Assembly: GCA_964453185.1 (NCBI GenBank)
Contig: CAYVNN010000004.1
Location: forward strand, 128,706 to 192,705
From: an uncultured Methanosarcinales archaeon
Lineage (GTDB): Archaea > Nanobdellota > Nanobdellia > Woesearchaeales > DSVV01
Direction of reading: 5' to 3'
Length of the DNA: 64,000 nucleotides
Shown: in pieces, positions 56,226 through 64,000 of the stretch
Position numbering within the stretch: position 1 is the first letter of the stretch
Layout of the letters: every line of letters begins with the position of its first letter
Program-made: the position numbers and the translations under genes
Notes under the pieces: model-generated
Told to the model about the DNA's origin: nothing
What the model saw: the letters and a program-made list of their open reading frames with translations, nothing else
Databases searched by the model: none

Positions 56226-56669
56226 ATGTTAACCATAAAAAAAAGATGGAGGGATAGTATGAAAAGAATATTAGCACTAATGGTGGTTATTGTTTTAATG
56301 TTTTCACTTACAGGATGCTGGGGAAGTGATGAAGAAGTTGTTGTAGAACCAGAACCAGTTGTGGTACCAGAGCCAGCACCAGTAGTAGAAGAACCAGAAG
56401 AAGTTTTTGAAGTGATGGAAGTAGAAGATCCTATTGCTGTTAAAGAAGAAGCTAAAGCATCTGGTAACTGTGTTGATACTGATGGTGGAGCAAACTATTA
56501 TGTTAAAGGAGAAGCTTATAATCCAGAAGGTGGACATGATGATGACACTTGTAGTAGAAGTGATGTTTATGTAAACAGACTTTATGAAATGGTTTGTGAA
56601 GGCGATGAAAAAGTCAGGCTAACATTTGAATGTCCAAATGGATGTGAAGATGGAGCTTGTTTAGAATAA
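56226..56669 (+). CDS. Small secreted/lipoprotein-like Pro/Glu-rich protein with a C-terminal six-Cys acidic domain (paralog of the 2730 ORF C-terminal domain)
   Basis: Signal …LMVVIVLMFSLTGCWGS (lipobox). (V/E/P) repeats. The C-terminus CVDTDGGANYYVKG…YEMVCEGDEKVRLTFECPNGCEDGAC aligns with the 2730 C-terminus CIESDDGDDPSDKG…FEYYCEDGNLAWNLYNGVDCMDG. Confidence 0.5.
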   Translation: MLTIKKRWRDSMKRILALMVVIVLMFSLTGCWGSDEEVVVEPEPVVVPEPAPVVEEPEEVFEVMEVEDPIAVKEEAKASGNCVDTDGGANYYVKGEAYNPEGGHDDDTCSRSDVYVNRLYEMVCEGDEKVRLTFECPNGCEDGACLE

Positions 56670-56700
56670 ATTTATTTTATTTTTTTATTACTTTTTTCTT
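56670..56700 (+). terminator. Oligo-T terminator
   Basis: tttattttatttttttattacttttttctt. Confidence 0.4.
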
Positions 56701-56702
56701 AA

Positions 56703-56722
56703 TTTTTACAAAGATTTATATA
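56703..56722 (+). promoter_or_regulatory. BRE/TATA promoter TTTTTACAAAGATTTATATA
   Basis: Same extended motif as 2661 and 8297. SD gaggtga precedes the ATG at 56761. Confidence 0.5.
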
Positions 56723-56751
56723 CCTGTTTTTAAATTAATTATTAAAATGAG

Positions 56752-57084
56752 GTGATTTTCATGTGTAAGTTTTTAAAATGGCATGAGAAATGTTTTAAAA
56801 CTATGACTTATTGGAAAGTTATTTTAGCTATTTCTGGTAAGATGTTAATAATATTTGGATTAGGTATTTGGTTAGCAGAATACTTGTGTAAATTAATATG
56901 GGTATTTGTTGTTTTAGGATTGTTAATGACAATACCGGCTACATTAGAATTTTGTAAGATGAAATGTAGTTGCTGTAAAACTAAAAAAGCTCGACCAAAG
57001 GCAAGAAAAGTAACAAAAAAGAGAGTAGTTAAGAGAAAAGTAGCAAAGAAGAAGCCAAAAAGAAAAACAAAGAAAAGAAGATAA
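56752..57084 (+). CDS. Small membrane protein with a Cys cluster (CKMKCSCCKTKK) and a poly-Lys/Arg C-terminal tail
   Basis: Two TM helices, then KKARPKARKVTKKRVVKRKVAKKKPKRKTKKRR. This mirrors the basic tail of the 2730 protein, placed at the opposite end. Confidence 0.45.
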   Translation: MIFMCKFLKWHEKCFKTMTYWKVILAISGKMLIIFGLGIWLAEYLCKLIWVFVVLGLLMTIPATLEFCKMKCSCCKTKKARPKARKVTKKRVVKRKVAKKKPKRKTKKRR

Positions 57085-57117
57085 ATATAATTTTGTTTTA
57101 TTTCTTTATTTTTTATA

Positions 57118-57506
57118 TTAACTATAAACATATATTTCTTTTCCTAACATATCATTATCTTCATATTCACTTAAATACTTTGCAGCTATTTCAGTGTATG
57201 TGCTATCACTACCTGAGACGATGATTATGTTTATATCTTCATATTGAGTAAGCATGATGATTCCACCAATTGTAAAATCTTCATATTCATTTAATTTTAA
57301 TACTTCCATTATTAATGGATTATCACATGGTGTTCCAATTAATATTAGATTTTGATCATCAATATCATCATGTAATATCTGTTATAAATTTTTGTTCATT
57401 TATTGTTTCAGTATTTTCTCTTGTTTCTTTTTTACATGATATTAAAGTTAGGATTAATGTAATTATACATATTATTGTAAATATCTTTATTATCTTGTTT
57501 TTCAAT
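57118..57506 (-). pseudogene. Possible frameshifted small lipoprotein gene (signal/lipobox ORF of 47 aa plus a 63-aa C-terminal ORF in the +1 frame)
   Basis: Minus strand MITLKNKIIKIFTIICIITLILTLISCKKETRENTETINEQKFITDIT* then, in the next frame, …DDIDDQNLILIGTPCDNPLIMEVLKLNEYEDF… (the track ORF 57118-57309). Confidence 0.3.
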
Positions 57507-57519
57507 GTTATCATCTTTA

Positions 57520-58404
57520 TTATTTATTTAGTAGTCTAATAATTTCAGAAGGATGTTCTGCAACTTCTACTCTTGATTTTACTAATGCTTTTATCTTTGC
57601 TTCATATGTACCTTCTGTTCCTGATATAATGGCACCAGCATGTCCCATTCTTTTACCTTTTGGAGCACACTTTCCTGCGATATAAGCTACAACTTTCTTT
57701 TTAATATTCTTTTTAATGAATTTGGCAGCTTTTTCTTCTGCATCTCCACCAATTTCTCCAACCATAACAATTTGTTTTGTTTCTTTATCTTGTTCAAATT
57801 GTTTAAGAATATCAATAAAATCTGTGCCTAATATAGGATCACCACCAATACCAATGCACGTACTTTGACCATAACCTGCTTTTGTTAATTCATTTACTAT
57901 TTCATATGTTAATGTTCCACTTCTTGAAACAACACCAATCTTTTTGTTTTCTTTATTTTTTGTAAATATTTTATGTGGCATAATTCCTAGTTTACATTCT
58001 CCAGGATTAATAAGACCAGGAGAGTTTGGACCAATTACGATCCTTTTCTTCTTTTTAGCATAATTTATGATCTCAAGAACATCGTAAATTGGAATATGTT
58101 CTGTTAAAATAATTATATTTAATCCATTTTGTAGTGCTTCATGTGCTGCTTCTTTTGCATTAAGGGCAGGAACAAATAGCATTGACCATTCAATCTTGTG
58201 TCCTTCTTTTTTGGAATACATTATTGCTTCATTAACACTTCCAAACACAGGTAGTCCATGTACTTTTAGTCCTCCTTTGTTTGGTGTAACTCCTGCAATT
58301 ATTTTTGTTCCATAATCTAACATTACTTTAGTATGGAAACTACCATGGTGTCCAGTTATTCCTTGGATAATTGCTTTTGTGTTTTTGTTGATTATTATAC
58401 TCAT
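57520..58404 (-). CDS. sucD: Succinyl-CoA synthetase alpha subunit (CoA-binding, His phosphorylation loop)
   Basis: …AIIQGITGHHGSFH… CoA-binding N-terminus and the …RMGHAGAII… phosphohistidine loop. Confidence 0.8.
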   Translation of the reverse strand: MSIIINKNTKAIIQGITGHHGSFHTKVMLDYGTKIIAGVTPNKGGLKVHGLPVFGSVNEAIMYSKKEGHKIEWSMLFVPALNAKEAAHEALQNGLNIIILTEHIPIYDVLEIINYAKKKKRIVIGPNSPGLINPGECKLGIMPHKIFTKNKENKKIGVVSRSGTLTYEIVNELTKAGYGQSTCIGIGGDPILGTDFIDILKQFEQDKETKQIVMVGEIGGDAEEKAAKFIKKNIKKKVVAYIAGKCAPKGKRMGHAGAIISGTEGTYEAKIKALVKSRVEVAEHPSEIIRLLNK

Positions 58405-59552
58405 CTTATTTTTCCTTGATTTGTTTTTTTGATTATTGCTTTAACTGCTTTGTCCATTTCTTTATACACTGCAAACTTTTTTGTTTTTAACATTTTTCTA
58501 GCTATTTTTTCATTAGTACCAATGATTCTAGCTACAATAGGAATCTTGATCTTATTTTTCTTATTGTATTCTATTATTGCTTCTGCAACTTTGTCACACT
58601 TAGTTATTCCACCAAATATGTTAATTAATAATCCTTTAATTCCTTTTTTCTTTAATACTATTTCAAGTGATTTTTTCATGGCTTCTTTACTTGTCCCACC
58701 CGGCGCATCTAAGAAGTTTGCAGCTTTTCCTTTATAATAATTAATCATATCAATTGTTGACATTACAAGTCCTGCACCATTACCAATTATTCCAATATCA
58801 CCTTCTAAATCTACATAGTGTAAATCATTAAAATATGCTTTTTTCTCAAGTTCAGTCATTCTATGGATTTTACTATTAGCTAAATCCTTATGTCTATACA
58901 ATGAATTTTCATCAATTATTATTTTTGAATCTAAAGCAATTAATCCTTTATCTGTTAATGCTAATGGGTTTATTTCAACAAGTTCAGTATCATAACATAT
59001 CATGATTTTATGTAATTTTTTTATTAATTGTATTATTTCTTTTTTATGGTGTATTCTTAATAATTTTGTATCTAATTTTATTAAGTCAATAGTTGTTATT
59101 GTGTTAATATCTTTTAAGTAAATTTTTTTTATTTCAGAAGGATGGTCTTTAGATAGTTTTTCAATATCTATTCCTCCTTTTCTTGAGAATAGGATTTCTA
59201 AACATGCTTTATCTTTATTGATAGTTAATGAGAGGTAATACTCTTGTTTTATATTAGTGTATTCTTCAATTAATATTTCTTTAACTTTAAATCCTCTTAC
59301 TTCTCTTTTGAATAAATCTTTACAACATTTTTGTAGTTCTTCTTTCTTGCATATGAAAATTCCACCATATTTTTTTCTGCTTCCTACCATCACTTCTGCT
59401 TTTACTACTATTTTTTTGGTTTTGATGCTTTTTATGAATTTTTTTATTAATGGTTTGTTGAGATTAGTTAAACTATTAATAATAATTCCTTTAGGGATAT
59501 TAATTTTATATTTTTTGAATATCTCTTTTCCTTCGTATTCTTTTAATCTCAT
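58401..59552 (-). CDS. sucC: Succinyl-CoA synthetase beta subunit (ATP-grasp)
   Basis: ATP-grasp N-terminal domain and C-terminal ligase-CoA domain (…GNGAGLVMSTIDMI…). Overlaps sucD. Confidence 0.75.
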   Translation of the reverse strand: MRLKEYEGKEIFKKYKINIPKGIIINSLTNLNKPLIKKFIKSIKTKKIVVKAEVMVGSRKKYGGIFICKKEELQKCCKDLFKREVRGFKVKEILIEEYTNIKQEYYLSLTINKDKACLEILFSRKGGIDIEKLSKDHPSEIKKIYLKDINTITTIDLIKLDTKLLRIHHKKEIIQLIKKLHKIMICYDTELVEINPLALTDKGLIALDSKIIIDENSLYRHKDLANSKIHRMTELEKKAYFNDLHYVDLEGDIGIIGNGAGLVMSTIDMINYYKGKAANFLDAPGGTSKEAMKKSLEIVLKKKGIKGLLINIFGGITKCDKVAEAIIEYNKKNKIKIPIVARIIGTNEKIARKMLKTKKFAVYKEMDKAVKAIIKKTNQGKIR

Positions 59553-60070
59553 TTTTCTTTCTTCTTTTTAATATAATGAGCATCGTCTCTATAGGTAAAT
59601 CCTAGTTTGATTGCATCAAAGTCTTGTTTTCTAAACTTTTTAGGTAGGTGTTCTTTTAGATGGACATGATTTATGTCAATTCCAATAATGCTTAGTAATT
59701 TTCCTAATGCAACCATATTAGTCATGTTTTTTGTTTTAAAATTTTCTAGTGATAATTTTGTGAATGGAATCTCAATTTCTGTGTCATTCTTTCCACCTAA
59801 TCCTTCATCACATACAATCCTTCTTGCAACATATTTATCTCCTTTTTCAGATAACCATAATAATATGTCTGCTTCTTCAACAATGGGATTTTTAATCTTT
59901 TTATCTGAATAGATTAACATTGCAACCATTTTTCCACCGTGGACAGCAGAGTCATAATCATAGTCAATAGAAACATTAAATCCCAATTCTACAAGCACTA
60001 TTCCTAGGATATGTGTGATAAGTTTAATTCCTTGTCCTCCAATTCCACTTATAACAATTTTCTTTATCAT
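59549..60070 (-). CDS. 2-oxoacid:ferredoxin oxidoreductase gamma subunit
   Basis: ISGIGGQGIKLITHILG, the typical POR/KOR gamma N-terminus. Confidence 0.75.
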   Translation of the reverse strand: MIKKIVISGIGGQGIKLITHILGIVLVELGFNVSIDYDYDSAVHGGKMVAMLIYSDKKIKNPIVEEADILLWLSEKGDKYVARRIVCDEGLGGKNDTEIEIPFTKLSLENFKTKNMTNMVALGKLLSIIGIDINHVHLKEHLPKKFRKQDFDAIKLGFTYRDDAHYIKKKKEK

Positions 60071-60079
60071 TTTCTTGTT

Positions 60080-60814
60080 TTATTTTTTGTAATGGATACC
60101 TATTTCATTCTTTTTTAATCCATTATTCTTTTTTGATATTTTGTAATATTTTTTGTATGATTTTAACATTGCACTTGTATCTTTAAAACCAATTCTTCTT
60201 CCAAAGTTTGTAATGCATGGTGTGATTATATCAACAAAACTAAAACCTTTGTATTTTATTGCTTTTTTTATGCATTCTTTTAGATGATTAGGATGTGCAA
60301 CTGTTGTTCTAGCATAATAAAAGTTTTTGTTTGAACTAATTAATCCTTGGATGTTGATTGGTTCAATATCTGAGCCTTTTGGTGATGTTAATGTGAATAA
60401 ACCTTTTTTTGTTGTTGGTGATAATTGTCCACCTGTCATAGCATATACTGAATTATTACTACATATTGTTGTGATGTTTGTGTTTCTTCTTGATGTGTGA
60501 ATTAAATGGTTTGTTCCAATTCCTGCTAAATCTCCATCACCACTTATTAAAATTACATTAAGTTTTTTATTTGCTGTTTTTATGCCTTCTGCAAGTGGAA
60601 TTGCTCTTCCATGTAATCCATGTACTGTGTCCAAATCAAAATAAGCTGCAGTTCTTCCACCGCAACCAATTCCAGAAACAACAACAGTGTTGTCTTTTTT
60701 TAATTTTAATTCTTGAAGAGCTAAGTTTGTTTCACTAAGAATAACATAATTACCACAACCAACACACCATGTTGGTTTTATTTTGTTTAATCTTAGATAA
60801 TTTTCTTTTTTCAT
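60080..60814 (-). CDS. 2-oxoacid:ferredoxin oxidoreductase beta subunit (TPP-binding)
   Basis: …WCVGCGN…, the …GDGD… TPP motif, and …GIGCGG…. Confidence 0.8.
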   Translation of the reverse strand: MKKENYLRLNKIKPTWCVGCGNYVILSETNLALQELKLKKDNTVVVSGIGCGGRTAAYFDLDTVHGLHGRAIPLAEGIKTANKKLNVILISGDGDLAGIGTNHLIHTSRRNTNITTICSNNSVYAMTGGQLSPTTKKGLFTLTSPKGSDIEPINIQGLISSNKNFYYARTTVAHPNHLKECIKKAIKYKGFSFVDIITPCITNFGRRIGFKDTSAMLKSYKKYYKISKKNNGLKKNEIGIHYKK

Positions 60815-61836
60815 CTTACTCTTTTTATTTGTTCTTTAATGTGATGTAGTGAATAATCTCCACCAAGTAATGGGATTGAGTGAACTTTTCTTTTTAATAA
60901 TCTTTCAATTTCTTTTTTGTATTGTCCATCATTCATTTCAATAACAATTATTCTTTTGTAATTGTGTGCAATGTCTTGGATCTTTTTTATTATTGGAAAT
61001 AATCTAATTGGTCTAAATATAGAATATTGTTCTTTAAGTGAAGAAATAATTCTCCCTATTGATCCATAACCAATTAATAATGTTGAAGATTTTTTATGTT
61101 TTTTATATTGGTATTTTTTAAATTTCTTTGCAGTTGTTAAGATCTGTTTTTTTCTTTTTTCAAACATTTCTCTGTAATATTTTCTTGCTCTAGTGCAGGG
61201 GATATTGTTTTTTGATAGTAATCCTGTAAAATGTCTTCTTCCTTTACCAAATTCAATTGTTTTTTTTTCAATTAGTCTTATTTTTATCTTGTCTATATCT
61301 ATTGTTTCATATAAATGTGAGATTAATGCATCTGAAAGAAGAATAACTGGACTTTGTGAGATTTCAGAAGCATTGAATGCATCAATTGTGCAAGTATAAC
61401 ATTCTTCAACAGAAGAAGGAGCAAAGACAATAACTTGTTGATCACCATGTCTTCCATATGCTGCTTGTAATACATCTCCTTGTGAAGGTAATGTTGGCAT
61501 TCCTGTACTTGGACCAACTCTTTGTGAATTAATGATTACAATAGGAATCTTTGTCATGTATGAATATCCAATTGATTCTTGCATTAGACTAAAACCTGGA
61601 CCAGATGTTGCAGTCATAGACTTTTTCCCAGCTAAACTTGCTCCTATTATTTGATTTATTGCAGCTAGCTCATCTTCAGGTTGGATAAAATCAATCTTAT
61701 GTTTCTTTTTATTGTTTGCAATATAATGTAGAATCTCAGATGCAGGAGTTATTGGATATGATGAATAAAAGCCAAGGCCTGCTTTAATCGCACCTAAAGC
61801 AATAGCTTCATTTCCTTGTAAAAGTCTAACTACCAC
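60811..61836 (-). CDS. 2-oxoacid:ferredoxin oxidoreductase alpha subunit
   Basis: …QGNEAIALGAIKAGLGFYSSYPITPASEI…. GTG start with SD GGGGTGA 6 nt upstream. Overlaps the beta subunit. Confidence 0.8.
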   Translation of the reverse strand: MVVRLLQGNEAIALGAIKAGLGFYSSYPITPASEILHYIANNKKKHKIDFIQPEDELAAINQIIGASLAGKKSMTATSGPGFSLMQESIGYSYMTKIPIVIINSQRVGPSTGMPTLPSQGDVLQAAYGRHGDQQVIVFAPSSVEECYTCTIDAFNASEISQSPVILLSDALISHLYETIDIDKIKIRLIEKKTIEFGKGRRHFTGLLSKNNIPCTRARKYYREMFEKRKKQILTTAKKFKKYQYKKHKKSSTLLIGYGSIGRIISSLKEQYSIFRPIRLFPIIKKIQDIAHNYKRIIVIEMNDGQYKKEIERLLKRKVHSIPLLGGDYSLHHIKEQIKRVR

Positions 61837-61889
61837 AAATTCACCCCTTTTCTTATTTTGTTGATTTACTATAGTATATTTTTAAAGTT

Positions 61890-61961
61890 CTTATATATAT
61901 ACTTTGCGTAGCAAATGTCTAATAATGTCGATGACTTTGGAGTCGGCATTATTTATATTTA
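61890..61961 (-). promoter_or_regulatory. Promoter-proximal dual-hairpin module, copy M5 (promoter region of the oxidoreductase/SCS operon)
   Basis: Minus strand: ataaatataaataatgccgactccaaagtcatcgacattattagac-atttgc-tac-gcaaag-tatatatataag. Hairpin 2 shows a covarying stem (TTTGC/GCAAA versus TTTAC/GTAAA). Confidence 0.5.
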
Positions 61962-62005
61962 TGGGTTGGAGGCTTTTTCATTAATTTTATATATACTTAC
62001 TCTAT

Positions 62006-63214
62006 TTGTTTAATATTATGGCTGAGATTAGTCCTGAACAGAAGGAAGCATTGGAAAAACAGAAGGAACAATGTCCTTTTTGTAAGATTATTAAGGGAGA
62101 AATACCTTCTCATAAGGTATATGAGGATGATTTGATTATTGCTGTTTTAGATATAAATCCTGCTACAAAAGGTCATATTCTTGTTATGCCAAAGGAACAT
62201 TATCCAATTATGCCATTAATTCCACCTGAAACATTTGAACATTTATTTGCAAAGACAAAACATCTTTCACAGTGTTTGAAAGAAGGTATGCTTGTTTTTG
62301 GTGATACTATCTTTATTGCAAATGGTTATGCTGCTGGGCAGCAAAGTAATCATTTTATGCTTCATATTATTCCAAGAGATGAAGGAGATGGTCTAAGTAA
62401 TTTTGAATTTAAGAAAGGTGAAATTGATTCTGCGAAATTTGATGAAGCTTTTAAGATGTTGTCTCATAATTTACCAATTATGTTGAGAAATAGGTCTGGT
62501 AAATTTGCAATGCCTGGGCAGAAAGGAGCACCGCAAGCAGTTGCATATGGTAAAGATGAAATAATAAAAATAATTGAACAAAATCCACAACTTAAAAAAA
62601 TGATTCTTGATCAGCCTGATGCATTTAAACAGCAAGTATTGATGAATGATCAATTAAAGCAATTGTTTGAGAAAGTTGATGTTAATGAAATTATTAAACA
62701 CTTTAATCCTGATGCAAAGATAAGTGAAGATAAAACAGAGCAACCACCAGCTTCTGAATCTACTGTTGGTAATGCAAAGCCTAGTGTGGATGAACTTATT
62801 GTTTTATTAAATCAAAATCCTAAATTAAAAGATATGATATTGACAGATACTATCTTGTTTAAAGAAAATGTTGCAAAAGTTCCTCAAATTAATGAACTAT
62901 TTGGTCATGTTGATATTGATGAGTTAAAAAATAGATTAATTGAGGATTTAAGTAAAGAAGATCTTTTAGATGAGGATGAAAAGAAAGAGGAGAGAACTGT
63001 TAAAGATATGAGTAAAGATGAAGAAGAAGATGTTTTAGATGAATTATTTGGTAATGATTCAAGTGATGATGATAAAAAAGAAGATGATAATGAAGAAGAG
63101 AAAGATGAAGAGAAAAAAGATGATGATAGTAAAGCGGACAAACAGCAAGAAGATAAAGATGATAAAGGACATAGAGGTAATCCATCATTAGATGGGATAG
63201 CAGATTTGTTTTGA
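62006..63214 (+). CDS. HIT-family (histidine triad) hydrolase with a long acidic low-complexity C-terminal extension
   Basis: N-terminal CPFCKIIKGEIPSHKVYEDDLIIAVLDINPATKGHILVMPKEH plus the triad region NHFMLHIIPR. The last ~100 aa are D/E/K-rich. Confidence 0.7.
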   Translation: MFNIMAEISPEQKEALEKQKEQCPFCKIIKGEIPSHKVYEDDLIIAVLDINPATKGHILVMPKEHYPIMPLIPPETFEHLFAKTKHLSQCLKEGMLVFGDTIFIANGYAAGQQSNHFMLHIIPRDEGDGLSNFEFKKGEIDSAKFDEAFKMLSHNLPIMLRNRSGKFAMPGQKGAPQAVAYGKDEIIKIIEQNPQLKKMILDQPDAFKQQVLMNDQLKQLFEKVDVNEIIKHFNPDAKISEDKTEQPPASESTVGNAKPSVDELIVLLNQNPKLKDMILTDTILFKENVAKVPQINELFGHVDIDELKNRLIEDLSKEDLLDEDEKKEERTVKDMSKDEEEDVLDELFGNDSSDDDKKEDDNEEEKDEEKKDDDSKADKQQEDKDDKGHRGNPSLDGIADLF

Positions 63215-63241
63215 TGCAACCCTTGTAAGACAAATCCTACT

Positions 63242-63352
63242 ACGCTTACCAAAACCGTATACTTCGTATACGAACTTGGATAAGCTTCGTCGTACCAGTG
63301 CCATTGTTACTGCGTAACAAGGCACAAACAATGGCAACGACGGACTTGTCTA
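63242..63352 (+). ncRNA. GC-rich extended hairpin between the two HIT genes (candidate structured RNA or terminator)
   Basis: CGUCGU-ACCAG-UGCCAUUGUU[loop]AACAAUGGCA-ACGACG (about 16 bp with an internal loop), preceded by the palindrome GUAUAC-UUC-GUAUAC. Confidence 0.3.
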
Positions 63353-63360
63353 TAAAGTAA

Positions 63361-63903
63361 ATGTTGAAAATGGCATGTAAGATATGTGAAATAGTGGAAA
63401 AGAAGAATGTGAGTGTATTGTATGAAGATGCAGTAGCTATGGCTATATTGTTAAAAGATGAGGCAACTGCATTAGGTCATATCCAGGTTTTTCCAAAGAA
63501 ACATGTTGAATTACTTGAACAATTAGATGATGAAGTTGTTGTTCAATTGTTTTATATTGCTAGTTATGCTGCAACTGGAGTATTTGAAGGACTCGGAGCA
63601 CAAGGTACAAATATTATTCTTAATAATGGGAAGGGAAGCAATCCAAAACATAATCATGTTGTGATAAATGTTTTGCCGAGAAAAGAAGAAGATGGATTAA
63701 ATTTTCAATGGACACCAAAGCAGTTAAAAGCAGAAGATTTTGAAGAACTTAAAAAGAAGATTAAAGATAAAACTGATTTTATTGGTGTAAAGAAAGATGA
63801 TAAAAAGGCACCAATGGATATTTCCTCTCCCTCATCAGAAACAATAGGTGGAGATGATAAAGAGGAGAATTATCTGTTAAAGAGTATATATAGACTACCA
63901 TAA
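63361..63903 (+). CDS. Second HIT-family protein (paralog) with an acidic C-terminal tail
   Basis: CKICEIV…VLYEDAVAMAILLKDEATALGHIQVFPKKH… and NHVVINVLPR triad-like region. Confidence 0.65.
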   Translation: MLKMACKICEIVEKKNVSVLYEDAVAMAILLKDEATALGHIQVFPKKHVELLEQLDDEVVVQLFYIASYAATGVFEGLGAQGTNIILNNGKGSNPKHNHVVINVLPRKEEDGLNFQWTPKQLKAEDFEELKKKIKDKTDFIGVKKDDKKAPMDISSPSSETIGGDDKEENYLLKSIYRLP

Positions 63904-63964
63904 GTTTTATATATTATTATTATTATTAGAAATATACTAGATTTTAATTATTGAGGTGTTATTT

Positions 63965-64000
63965 ATGGAAAAGATGTATACATTATTTATTGTTCTTGCA
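63965..64000 (+). CDS. Start of an ORF truncated by the window end (MEKMYTLFIVLA…, probably a signal peptide)
   Basis: ATG preceded by SD gaggtg 7 nt upstream. Confidence 0.3.
   Translation, partial: MEKMYTLFIVLA

Overview
This is an AT-rich archaeal chromosome segment. The genes are archaeal-type: RpoH, split RpoB''/RpoB', RpoA'/A'', aIF6, proteasome alpha, exosome Rrp4/41/42, Pop5, Kae1, Sm, L30e/L37e/L44e. GGTG-type Shine-Dalgarno sites sit 5-10 nt upstream of most starts, and BRE/TATA boxes (AAAGATTTATATA) are clear. The overall look is a small-genome DPANN-like archaeon. Core content: partial GAPDH plus FBP aldolase/phosphatase; a sugar-nucleotide pair (NDP-sugar pyrophosphorylase, PMM/PGM); the Pop5-PsmA-SBDS-Rrp4-Rrp41-Rrp42 superoperon; Sm plus L37e; an S-layer-like surface protein; a Dol-P-sugar synthase/GT39 pair; a prepilin peptidase; GINS; ScpA; the RNAP-L30e-NusA-S12-S7 operon; a 2-oxoacid:ferredoxin oxidoreductase plus succinyl-CoA synthetase operon; two HIT proteins. 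Accessory highlights are listed below. (1) Nine tRNA genes, eight of them interrupted by 1-3 introns at canonical and non-canonical positions (D-loop, 37/38, 53/54, T-loop 60/61); several introns are mutually homologous and end in UUGAAAGU, and a frameshifted LAGLIDADG homing-endonuclease gene abuts tRNA-Leu. (2) A family of about 110-nt structured intergenic repeats (7 full copies and 1 partial) with conserved cores CAGCGGCUCUG ... GUGAGCCAAGGCGG and covarying terminal stems, plus a second related 2-copy family. (3) A promoter-proximal dual-hairpin module with compensatory stem changes, present in 5 copies. (4) A cluster of secreted acidic Cys-rich proteins with thrombospondin-type-3-like Asp-rich repeats, a CARDB domain and a novel triplicated C-terminal Cys module; a distant transglutaminase-like secreted protein shares one motif with them. 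(5) A full-length RelA/SpoT (long RSH) gene next to a divergent Prs-like gene. No rRNA or CRISPR array was seen.
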